Of a stretch of DNA of 16,038 nucleotides, positions 7,165-14,946 are shown one piece after another; the stretch's first letter is position 1; each line of letters opens with the position of its first letter. Source of the DNA: Gemmatimonadaceae bacterium (GTDB lineage Bacteria; Gemmatimonadota; Gemmatimonadetes; Gemmatimonadales; Gemmatimonadaceae). The notes under the pieces were generated by a model. It was not told the origin of the DNA, ran no database searches, and saw only the letters and a program-made list of their open reading frames with translations. A program made the translations under genes and the position numbers. Location: NCBI GenBank assembly GCA_040901985.1, contig JBBDYC010000013.1:1-16038 (forward strand), given 5' to 3'.

Positions 7165-8367
7165 CTACGCGCGCGCGACCTCGCGGACGGCCGCGAGCAG
7201 CCGCGCGACCTCGTCCGCCGTCGTGTAGCAGGCCGCGCCGGCGCGCACCAGTCCCTCGTCGGCCAGCCCGAGCCGCGCGACAATCGTCGAGGCGTAGAAG
7301 TCGCCGTTGCTCACGAAGACCGCGCGTTCGGCAAGGCGCCGCGCCACCTCGGCGCTCGGCGTGCCGGCGACGGTGAAGCTGACCGTCGGCGTCCGCGGCT
7401 GGTCCGGGTCGGGACCGTAGCGCCTCACGCCCTTGATCTCGCCGAGTCCGTCCCAGAGCTGCCGGAGCAGCGCGCTGCCCTCGCGATGCAGCCGGTCGAA
7501 GGCCGAGACGAGTCGCTTGCGCCGCGTCTCGCCAAGCCCGAGTGACGCGAGGAAGTCCACCGCGGCGCCGGCCCCGACGATCCCCTCGTGATTCTGGGTG
7601 CCGGTCTCGAGACGGTCGGGCGCCTCGTTGGGCGCGGGGTCGAGCTTGGGCACGTCGAGGCCGGCGAGGAGCCGCTCGCGCCCGTAGAGCACGCCGACGT
7701 GCGGTCCGTAGAACTTGTAGGCCGAGCAGCCGAGGAAGTCGCAGTCCATCGCCCGCACGTCCACGAGGGCGTGCGGCGCGTAGTGCACCGCGTCCACGAA
7801 GACGAGCGCTCCCACCGCGCGCGCGAGGCGCGCCGCCGCCGCGACATCGGTGATGGTGCCGATGGCGTTCGACCCCGCGCCGATCGCAAGAAGCCGCGTT
7901 CGCGGCGTCAGGGCGCGCTCCAGCGACGCCCAGTCGAGCTGGCCGCGGTCGAGGTGCACGTCGGCGCTGCGGATCGTCACGCCGCGCTCGCGCTCGAGCG
8001 CGCGCCACGGCGCCACGTTCGCGTGGTGGTCGAGGTCGGTGATGACGATCTCGTCGCCCGGCCCCCAGGCGCGCCCCAGCGCCCGCGCGAGGTGGAACGT
8101 CCCGGTGGTCATATTGTTGGCAAAGACGATCTCACGCGGCGACGCATTGAGCAGGTCGGCCAGCGCCCCACGCGCCGCGCGCAGCATCGCGTCGGTCTCG
8201 ACACTGGTCGGATAGACCCAATGCGTGTTGGCGTTGTGGTGCAGGAGATAGTCGGCCATCGCGTCCACCACCGACTGCGGGACCTGCGTGCCCCCCGGGC
8301 CGTCGAAGTAGGCGATCGGGAGCCCGTTGTGCCGTCGCTCCAGCGCCGGGAACCGCGACCGGATCAC
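7165..8367 (-). CDS. Cysteine desulfurase-like protein (class V PLP enzyme, VC1184-like subfamily)
   Basis: IRSRFPAL, YFDGPGGTQVP, LDHHANVAPW, VDAVHYAPH, CSAYKFYGPH (PLP lysine), ETGTQNHEG; GTG start overlaps upstream TGA (GTGA). Confidence 0.9.
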   Translation of the reverse strand: MIRSRFPALERRHNGLPIAYFDGPGGTQVPQSVVDAMADYLLHHNANTHWVYPTSVETDAMLRAARGALADLLNASPREIVFANNMTTGTFHLARALGRAWGPGDEIVITDLDHHANVAPWRALERERGVTIRSADVHLDRGQLDWASLERALTPRTRLLAIGAGSNAIGTITDVAAAARLARAVGALVFVDAVHYAPHALVDVRAMDCDFLGCSAYKFYGPHVGVLYGRERLLAGLDVPKLDPAPNEAPDRLETGTQNHEGIVGAGAAVDFLASLGLGETRRKRLVSAFDRLHREGSALLRQLWDGLGEIKGVRRYGPDPDQPRTPTVSFTVAGTPSAEVARRLAERAVFVSNGDFYASTIVARLGLADEGLVRAGAACYTTADEVARLLAAVREVARA

Positions 8368-9281
8368 GACGCCGGTCCCGCGCCCCGGGCCACCGCGGCG
8401 AGTTCCACCTCGGCGCGCCGCTCGATCCACTTCACGATCTCCACGTGGTCCGCCTCGTCGCCCAGCGCGCGGTGCGCGTCGCGGAAGAGCCGCGCCGTGA
8501 GCTCGAGATTCGGCGCGTCGAGGCCCTGCTCGGCTGCCAGCTGCGCGGCGATCCGCGCGTCCTTGGCGAGGAGGGCGAGGCGAAACGTGCGCGGGAACGC
8601 GCGCGTGAGCACCCGCGCCGGAAAGAGATGCTCGCTGGTGTTGGACCGGCCGCTCGACGCATTGATCACCTCGAGCGCGAGCGCCGGCGTCACGCCGGCG
8701 TTCTGCAGGGCGATCAGCCCCTCGGTGAGCGCGGCAATGTGCTGGGCGAGCAGCGCATTGTTCACCGCCTTCACGGCGTGGCCGGCGCCCACCGGGCCGC
8801 AGTGCACGATCCGCTGGCCGAAGGCGGCGAGCGCCGGGCGGACCTTGTCGAGCAGCCGGCCGTCGCCGCCGACCATCACCGTGAGCGTCCCCGCCTCGGC
8901 GCCCGCCGTGCCCCCCGAGACCGGCGCGTCGAGGAACCCGATGCCCGCCTCGGCGAGGCGCTCCGCAATTCGTCGCGAGGTCGCCGGGTCGCCCGAGGTG
9001 CAGTCCACGAGGACGCTCCCCCTCGACATCGTCGCGAGCAGCCCGTCGGCGCCCTCAAGGATGCCCTCGACGTCGGCCGAGACCGGAAAGCAGGTGATGA
9101 CCACGTCGGCGCCGCGCGCGGCCTCGGCCGGCGTCAGCGCCTGCTTGGCGCCGTGCGCGGCGGCAAACACCGCTGCGCGCGAGGCGGTGCGGTTCCAGAC
9201 GCGCAGCCCGAACGGGCCGGCGGCGAGGTGCCGGGCCATCGGGCGGCCGATGGCGCCTAGGCCAAGGAAGGAGACCTTCAC
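8364..9281 (-). CDS. NAD(P)-dependent beta-hydroxyacid dehydrogenase (3-hydroxyisobutyrate/tartronate semialdehyde reductase family)
   Basis: FLGLGAIGRPMA Rossmann motif, WNRT, FLDAPVSGG, GTLTVMVGG, catalytic Lys in GHAVKAVNN; GTG start inferred. Confidence 0.92.
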   Translation of the reverse strand: MKVSFLGLGAIGRPMARHLAAGPFGLRVWNRTASRAAVFAAAHGAKQALTPAEAARGADVVITCFPVSADVEGILEGADGLLATMSRGSVLVDCTSGDPATSRRIAERLAEAGIGFLDAPVSGGTAGAEAGTLTVMVGGDGRLLDKVRPALAAFGQRIVHCGPVGAGHAVKAVNNALLAQHIAALTEGLIALQNAGVTPALALEVINASSGRSNTSEHLFPARVLTRAFPRTFRLALLAKDARIAAQLAAEQGLDAPNLELTARLFRDAHRALGDEADHVEIVKWIERRAEVELAAVARGAGPAS

Positions 9282-9284
9282 TAC

Positions 9285-9312
9285 AGGTGGGAGGTGTGAG
9301 GGGGAGGTGTGA
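9285..9312 (+). repeat. Short purine-rich tandem repeat (AGGTGKG-like units; GGGAGGTGTGA twice)
   Basis: aggtggg aggtgtg aggggg aggtgtg a; exact 11-mer at 9289-9299 and 9302-9312. Confidence 0.6.
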
Positions 9313-9380
9313 ATGGACTGCCCCGGTGAAAACTTTACTGGGGTCTGGTCGGGCGCCAGTCGGGGACTGAGATTCCCTGG

Positions 9381-9623
9381 ATGCGGCTCGAGGTCCTCGT
9401 TGACGGAATGCTGGCAGTGCACGCCAGGCACGCGCTCTTTACGGCGCTGGGGGCCGTGAGCGGGCTTGTGCGGGCCGAGGTGGAGTTGGGGCGCGTGGAG
9501 GTCGAACTCGCGCCGGAGGCCGCTCGCGAGGCGGTGGAGGCCGGCGTGCGGGCTGCCGCCGAGGGCCTCGGGTTCCGGGTCACCGCGGTGCGGGCACTCC
9601 CACGCGCGCTGCCGACGCTCTGA
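9381..9623 (+). CDS. Heavy-metal-associated (HMA/CopZ)-fold small protein lacking CxxC
   Basis: L-x-VDGM-LAVHA..ALFTALGAVSGLVRAEVELGRVEV...VRAAAEGLGFRV follows the HMA beta-alpha-beta-beta-alpha-beta pattern. Confidence 0.68.
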   Translation: MRLEVLVDGMLAVHARHALFTALGAVSGLVRAEVELGRVEVELAPEAAREAVEAGVRAAAEGLGFRVTAVRALPRALPTL

Positions 9624-9630
9624 CCGGACG

Positions 9631-9671
9631 CACAAAACGCCGAGCGATGCCCTTCACCTCATCGCCCGGCG
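9631..9671 (-). terminator. Rho-independent terminator
   Basis: Minus strand CGCCGGGCGATG-loop-CATCGCTCGGCG followed by TTTTGTG. Confidence 0.78.
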
Positions 9672-9792
9672 CTCCGTGTGTTCGGTTCCCTTCGGTTGTG
9701 CCGACTTGAGCGGACAGGGGGCCGGCCGGCCCCCCACCAGCACCGACCCGCACCCCGCTGTCGCTCAAAATCGGTCGTACATCCCTTCAGAC
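9631..9792 (-). ncRNA. Candidate ECF-sigma-dependent small RNA (~160 nt)
   Basis: Bounded by a promoter motif (9795-9825) and a terminator (9631-9671); internal long hairpin 9701-9774; no convincing ORF. Confidence 0.5.
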
Positions 9793-9794
9793 AC

Positions 9795-9825
9795 GGCCTA
9801 CGGCCAAAGGGTTTCCCGGGTTTCG
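9795..9825 (-). promoter_or_regulatory. ECF sigma-type promoter, copy B
   Basis: CGAAACCCGGGAAACCCTTTGGCCGTAGGCC = GAAAC-N17-CGTA; 23/31 identical to copy A. Confidence 0.62.
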
Positions 9826-9859
9826 CCGGGGCCGACCGGCCGGCCCTGCCGCATCCCCC

Positions 9860-12388
9860 TCAAAGCGAGAACCAGTACGACGCCTTGATCAGAAAGGTGT
9901 TGTCGGCGCGCGTATCGAACAGGTCGCGGAAGTCGCGGAGTGGCGAGAACGAGCCGCCGTCGCGCGTGTCCTGGCGGCCCTGCTGCCAGACGAGGAAGAT
10001 CACCGACCCCGGCCGATACTCCCACCGCAGCACGCTGTTGGAGCGAAACTGCTTGAAGTTGAAATCGTCCGGTGTCACCGCGCCGTACGGCGTGAAGCGG
10101 TCATCGTAGTCGGCGGCGCGCGGATCGGCGAGCTGCCGCAGGTTCGAGTAGTCGCCGCTCGTGGTGAACGGCTGGGCGTAGAGCTGGAACGACAGCGTCG
10201 GCGTCATCGTGTAGTCAATGCGCGTCGTCAGCGAGGTCGTCTGCTGCTCGAGCCGGGCGAAGGTGTACGCCGTGCCCCCGCCATCGGGGAAGTTCCCGTA
10301 CCACTGCGAGTCGTACGTGCCCTTGTTGTGGTTCACCCCGATGCTCGCCTGGACGCTGCTGGCGACCCGGAAGCGGACCTGCGGCGACACCCCGAACTCG
10401 GTCGAACCCCCGGCGCCGGGGAGCATATGCCAGCTGTCCCAGACGAAGGTCACCGGCGTGCGGCTGTCCGTCTCGAATCCGAACCAGACGTTCTGGCGGA
10501 AGGTGCGGCGCACCGCCGGCCCACCGCGCGAGGCGCGGTCGTCGTAGTTCTCGCCGATCCCGTTGATGTTGTACCCGGTCGAGAACCACCACTGATTGGC
10601 GAGCTGGCCATTGAGGTTGATGTTCCCGCCCGAGTTGAGCTTCAGGCCCTCGGTGCTCCACTCGTTCCACTGGTTGAAGTTCACGGAGAGCTGGCGATAC
10701 AGCGCATTCGGCGTCCGCAGCTGCAGGCCCATCCAGTTGCCATTGGTCAGGAGGTCGGCGCGATTCATAAAGCCGGCGTCGTTGACCTCGTAGCCGGCGC
10801 TGGTGCGCGTGGCGCCGACGTTGAAGCGGGTGATGCCGCCGCCGGTCTTGCCGAGACTGACGTTGACCCGGCTCCCGGAGAGCGACGTCGCCGAGCTGTC
10901 CACCCGCCACTTGGAGTCGGGGCGCTGGAAGAAGTGCGCCGAGCTCGTCTGGGTGCGCAGGATGCTCGCCTCGCTCCCCGCGACGCGCGACCCGACTGCC
11001 GACCCGCTCAGCTGGAAGTTGTTGTTCCAGAAGCGGTGACGGGCGTCCACGCCAAGCGCGTAGGCGTTCTCCCGCAGGAAGTCGCGGGTGTCGGCGTCGA
11101 GCGCCCGGTTGGTCGCGGTGAACATCATCCCGACGCCGGAGGCGCCGTTCCGCAGGTCCTGCTGCAGCCGCGTGACGAGGTAATTCGTCTGCGGCTCGAT
11201 GGTGGCGCCGCCGGCGCCCAGCTCGCGCTGGGTGATGGCGTTGAGGAAGCCGACGTTGAGTCCACCCGCGGTGCGGCCGGTGATCTTGGCGGCGCCGAGG
11301 ATGGTGCTGTTCTTCGCGTTGTCCTGGTCGTAGTACTGGCCGCTCAGCTGCGGCGCGCGACCGACGCGGCGTGAGTAGAACAGGTTGTTGGCGAACGAGA
11401 AGGTGCCGGCGCCCTCGAGGAAGAAGGGGCGGCGCTCCTCGAAGAACTGCTCGAAGGCGGAGAGGTTGAGCACGGCCGGGTCGGCCTCGACCTGCCCGAA
11501 GTCCGGGTTGACGGTGCCGTCGAGCGTGAGGTTGGACGTGATGCCGTACTTCACGTCGGCGCCGAGCGTGAAGGTCTGTTGCCGCTCAAAGGTCGTGCCC
11601 GTGGGCCGCGCCGCATTCGTGGCCACGGAGTACGGCAGGACCTCCAGCCGCCGTGGCGAGGCGATCCCGGCGAAACCGCTGACCTCGCCCCACTGCGACA
11701 CGAATCCAGTGCGCGACCGGCGATACACCGGCCAGGAGATCCGCTCATTGTGGCGTGCGACGTCGCGCCAGATCGCGAAGCCGAACGTGTGTTCCTCGGC
11801 CGCCGGGAACCGGAGCTGGTTGAACGGAATCCGGTACTCGGCGGTCCACCCGTCCGCGTCCACGGCGGTCGCGACCTCCCAGACGCCGTCCCACGAGAGG
11901 TCCTCGTTGCCGTCGTTGGAGATGTAGACGTCGCGCTTCACGCCCATCGGATTGACCGTGAAGCGGAAGCCGGTGCGCTTGTCGTTATAGGCATCCACCA
12001 TCACGTGGATGTAGTCGGACTGCGTCCGCGCGTCGCGGCGCGAGAGGAACGACATCACCGAATCGGGCGCCGGGTCGTAGGCGCGGACGAAGACATAGAG
12101 GTACTTGGCGTCATAGCCGACGCGCGCCTCGGTGCGGTAGCGCGCGTCGGCGTCCTCGACCGGCTCGTGCTGCCGGAACTGGGTAATCGGCGGTGCGAGG
12201 CGCCAGATCTCGTCGTCGGCCTTGCCGTCCAGCACCGGCGCCACATCAGCGCGCGCCGCCGTGGCGCCGCGCGCGGTCGGCAACGGGATCACCACCGGGT
12301 CGGGGGGCATCACCAGCGGGCCCACGCGTGGCGGGGCGGCGGGACCGGCGGCAACGACTGTCTGGAATGCGAGAGCGAGAATCAACAT
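9860..12388 (-). CDS. CBM9-like (DOMON-type) N-terminal domain plus DUF5916 probable outer-membrane beta-barrel
   Basis: PVLDGKADDEIW, YLYVFVRAYD, DLSWDGVWE, WTAEYRIPF; TVNPDFGQVEAD, FFEERRPFFLEG, FYSRRVG; C-terminal amphipathic strand FLIKASYWFSL. Confidence 0.88.
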   Translation of the reverse strand: MLILALAFQTVVAAGPAAPPRVGPLVMPPDPVVIPLPTARGATAARADVAPVLDGKADDEIWRLAPPITQFRQHEPVEDADARYRTEARVGYDAKYLYVFVRAYDPAPDSVMSFLSRRDARTQSDYIHVMVDAYNDKRTGFRFTVNPMGVKRDVYISNDGNEDLSWDGVWEVATAVDADGWTAEYRIPFNQLRFPAAEEHTFGFAIWRDVARHNERISWPVYRRSRTGFVSQWGEVSGFAGIASPRRLEVLPYSVATNAARPTGTTFERQQTFTLGADVKYGITSNLTLDGTVNPDFGQVEADPAVLNLSAFEQFFEERRPFFLEGAGTFSFANNLFYSRRVGRAPQLSGQYYDQDNAKNSTILGAAKITGRTAGGLNVGFLNAITQRELGAGGATIEPQTNYLVTRLQQDLRNGASGVGMMFTATNRALDADTRDFLRENAYALGVDARHRFWNNNFQLSGSAVGSRVAGSEASILRTQTSSAHFFQRPDSKWRVDSSATSLSGSRVNVSLGKTGGGITRFNVGATRTSAGYEVNDAGFMNRADLLTNGNWMGLQLRTPNALYRQLSVNFNQWNEWSTEGLKLNSGGNINLNGQLANQWWFSTGYNINGIGENYDDRASRGGPAVRRTFRQNVWFGFETDSRTPVTFVWDSWHMLPGAGGSTEFGVSPQVRFRVASSVQASIGVNHNKGTYDSQWYGNFPDGGGTAYTFARLEQQTTSLTTRIDYTMTPTLSFQLYAQPFTTSGDYSNLRQLADPRAADYDDRFTPYGAVTPDDFNFKQFRSNSVLRWEYRPGSVIFLVWQQGRQDTRDGGSFSPLRDFRDLFDTRADNTFLIKASYWFSL

Positions 12389-12444
12389 AAAGCGTCCTGG
12401 TGCGATTGCCGGTGGGGCGGCCGTCGGGTGGAACCACGTGCGCA

Positions 12445-12475
12445 GGCCTACGCCTGTCGGGGGTCACGGGTTTCG
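12445..12475 (-). promoter_or_regulatory. ECF sigma-type promoter, copy A, upstream of the DUF5916 gene
   Basis: CGAAACCCGTGACCCCCGACAGGCGTAGGCC = GAAAC-N17-CGTA, about 55 nt upstream of ATG 12388. Confidence 0.65.
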
Positions 12476-12625
12476 ACAGTCCATTGGACGGAATCGTTGC
12501 TTGAAACCTTCCCCGCGCCTGTTCGCGCTCCGGTTGTCCCATTAGTTTCGTGCTGTCCAACCACTCGACACGCTCGCCCGACAAGCGTCGGCGCGAACGC
12601 GTCCCGCCACGGAATCGAGGCCCGA

Positions 12626-14047
12626 ATGACGCCAGACCAGCGCGACCTCGAGCGGACGGAAAGCGTGGCCGCACTCCTCGCGCCGGACCTCCTCGACCTC
12701 CTCGAGTCCGCACCGCAGTCCATCGCCGCCGAGACCGACGAGCTCCATCCGGCCGACCTCGCCGACGTCGCCGAGCGGATGCCGCGCGACCAAGTCCCGC
12801 GCTTCCTCGCCGCGCTCCCCGCCGCGCGCGCCGCCAACGTGCTCGAACACCTCGACGAGGATATCCGCGCCGAGATCCTCGAGGGGATGGACCCCGAACA
12901 GGCGGCCGCCCTCCTCGCGCGGATGACCCCCGACGAGCGCGCCGACGCGCTCGACGAGATGGACGAGGAGACCGCCGAGGAGATCCTCGAGGCGATCCCG
13001 GAGCGCGAGCGGGCCGAGACCGAGCGGCTCCTCCAGTACGAGCCGGACACCGCCGGCGGGCTGATGACGACCGAGTTCGTCTCGGTCGCCGAGACGCAGA
13101 CGGTGGAGGAATCGCTGGCGGCGGTGCGGGCCATTGCGCGCGCGGGCCGGCGCGAGGCGATGAACACCATCTACACGGTGGACGCGCGGGGCGTCCTGAC
13201 CGGCGTGCTCTCGCTGCGCGAGCTCCTCGCCGCCCCGGAAGGGAGCCGCCTCGCCGACCTCGCCTGGGCCGAGATCGTCACCGTGGAGGCCACGGCCGAC
13301 CGCGAGACCGTCGCCCAGCTGACCTCCAACTACGACCTCGTCGCCGTCCCCGTGGTGGACGACGAGCGCCGACTCCTCGGCGTGGTCACGGTGGACGACG
13401 TCATTGACGTCATCCAGGAGGAGCAGACCGAGGACGCGCAGAAGTTCGGCGGAATGGCCGCGCTCGACGAACCCTACCTGCAGGTCGGCTTCCTCGACCT
13501 GCTGCGCAAGCGGACGCCCTGGCTCCTCGTCCTCTTCGTCGGCCAGATGTTCACCGCGGCGGCGATGGGCTTCTTCGAGGACGCCATCACGAGCGCGGTG
13601 GTGCTCTCGCTCTTCATCCCCCTGATCATCAGCTCGGGCGGCAACTCGGGATCGCAGGCAACGTCGCTGATCATCCGCGCGATGGCACTGCAGGAGCTCG
13701 GCGCGCGCGACTGGCGGCGGGTGATGGTCCGCGAGCTCGGCGCCGGCCTCGTGCTTGGCCTCGTCCTCGGCCTCGTCGGCATCCTGCGGATCGTGCTCTG
13801 GGAGCAGATGGGCTTCTATCCGTTTGGGGAGCATTACCTGTTGCTGGCGGCGACGATCGGCGCAACGGTGGTAGGCGTGGTGCTGTTCGGGACGCTGACC
13901 GGGGCGATGCTCCCCTTCGTGTTGCGGCGGCTGGGGTTCGACCCGGCGAGCGCGTCGGCGCCGCTGGTGGCGACGCTGGTGGACGTCACCGGCGTGGTCC
14001 TCTACTTCTCGGTGGCCCTGCTGATCCTGCGCGGCACGCTCTTGTGA
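12626..14047 (+). CDS. mgtE: Magnesium transporter MgtE
   Basis: Acidic N-domain (HPADLAD), TAGGLMTTEF CBS pair, GVVTVDDVIDV, R.PWL, PLIISSGGNSGSQ, DPASASAPLVATLVDVTG; GAGG SD before ATG 12626. Confidence 0.96.
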   Translation: MTPDQRDLERTESVAALLAPDLLDLLESAPQSIAAETDELHPADLADVAERMPRDQVPRFLAALPAARAANVLEHLDEDIRAEILEGMDPEQAAALLARMTPDERADALDEMDEETAEEILEAIPERERAETERLLQYEPDTAGGLMTTEFVSVAETQTVEESLAAVRAIARAGRREAMNTIYTVDARGVLTGVLSLRELLAAPEGSRLADLAWAEIVTVEATADRETVAQLTSNYDLVAVPVVDDERRLLGVVTVDDVIDVIQEEQTEDAQKFGGMAALDEPYLQVGFLDLLRKRTPWLLVLFVGQMFTAAAMGFFEDAITSAVVLSLFIPLIISSGGNSGSQATSLIIRAMALQELGARDWRRVMVRELGAGLVLGLVLGLVGILRIVLWEQMGFYPFGEHYLLLAATIGATVVGVVLFGTLTGAMLPFVLRRLGFDPASASAPLVATLVDVTGVVLYFSVALLILRGTLL

Positions 14048-14946
14048 GCGCCGAGCGGCGCGCGTCCGGCCTCATCCTGATTGCGGCGAGCGGGTATGCG
14101 ATGCTCGCGATCGGGACCGGCCTCGCGGCGCGCGACGGCGTCTCGCTGCCGACCCTGATGGCGTGGCGCTACGCGCTGGCGGCGCCGTTGCTCGCGCTGA
14201 TTGCCGGGGCAGCGGCCTTTCGCGTGCCGTGGCGGCGCGCGCTGCCATTGCTCGTCCTCGGCGGTGGCGGACAGTCGCTCGTGACGTGGCTCTCGCTCTC
14301 GGCCCTCGAGTGGCTCCCCGCCGCGGCGCTCGGGTTCCTCTTCTATACCTATCCGGCCTGGGTCGCAATCTTCGCGGCGGTGACAGGCCTTGAGCGCCTC
14401 ACCGCGCTCCGGGTCGGAGCGCTCGCGGTGGCCCTGGTGGGGATTACGCTGATGGTCGGGCTGCCGTGGGCAAGCACCCTGCCCCTCGAGGGCGTCCTGC
14501 GGGCGCTCGGCAGCGCGGTCGTCTATGCGCTCTACATCCCGATGATCCATCGGCTGCGCGGACCGCTCGACGCCGCCGCGGCCTCGACCTGGATCATCGG
14601 CGGCGCGGCGATCGTCTTCGTCCTGATGGCAACCCTCTCCGCCTCCGCCGGCGGCTTCGTCGCGAATATGACGCCCCGCACCTGGGGGATCGCAATCTTC
14701 CTCGCCGGATTCAGCACGGTGGTGGCCTTCATCACCTTCCTGCACGGCCTGGCGGTGCTCGGCGCGGTGCGCACGGCCATACTTTCCACGACGGAACCGT
14801 TCTGGACCGCCGTGCTCGCCGCGCTCCTGCTGGCGCAACCGATCGGCCCGACGACCATCGCCGGCGGACTCTGCATCGTCGGCGCCATCGTGCTCCTCCA
14901 ACGTTCGACCCCGGCGCCGAGCGTGGACGCCCCCGCCCCGACCTGA
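14044..14946 (+). CDS. EamA/DMT family transporter (paralog 1)
   Basis: About 10 hydrophobic segments; WRYALAA, FLFYTYPAWVA, GLERL, LGAVRTAILSTTEPF; GTGA overlap with mgtE stop. Confidence 0.9.
   Translation: MSAERRASGLILIAASGYAMLAIGTGLAARDGVSLPTLMAWRYALAAPLLALIAGAAAFRVPWRRALPLLVLGGGGQSLVTWLSLSALEWLPAAALGFLFYTYPAWVAIFAAVTGLERLTALRVGALAVALVGITLMVGLPWASTLPLEGVLRALGSAVVYALYIPMIHRLRGPLDAAAASTWIIGGAAIVFVLMATLSASAGGFVANMTPRTWGIAIFLAGFSTVVAFITFLHGLAVLGAVRTAILSTTEPFWTAVLAALLLAQPIGPTTIAGGLCIVGAIVLLQRSTPAPSVDAPAPT

Noticed and set aside
7588..9312. Long antisense or alternative-frame ORFs (574 aa here; also 764-1945, 2496-3479, 5994-7136, 12542-13834)
   Set aside because: Low-complexity shadows of real genes, mostly Arg/Ala/Pro-rich, expected in high-GC DNA with few stop codons.
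9313..9459. 48-aa ORF behind a strong GGAGGT, containing CWQC in an alternative frame over the HMA metal-loop codons
   Set aside because: The SD arises from the heptamer repeat, and the Cys codons follow automatically from ATG-C and GTG-C read out of frame. Restoring CxxC to the HMA protein would need two compensating frameshifts.
9829..9846. GC hairpin right after the DUF5916 stop as its terminator
   Set aside because: Short stem with no U-tract; cannot be supported as an intrinsic terminator.
12540..12625. Mg2+ (M-box/ykoK) riboswitch upstream of mgtE
   Set aside because: Only one hairpin (about 12567-12603) is visible in a likely leader of about 70 nt; too short, with no recognisable M-box motifs.
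11579..12625. 349-aa N-terminal extension of MgtE in the ORF track
   Set aside because: It is antisense to the DUF5916 gene; MgtE homology and an SD begin at ATG 12626.
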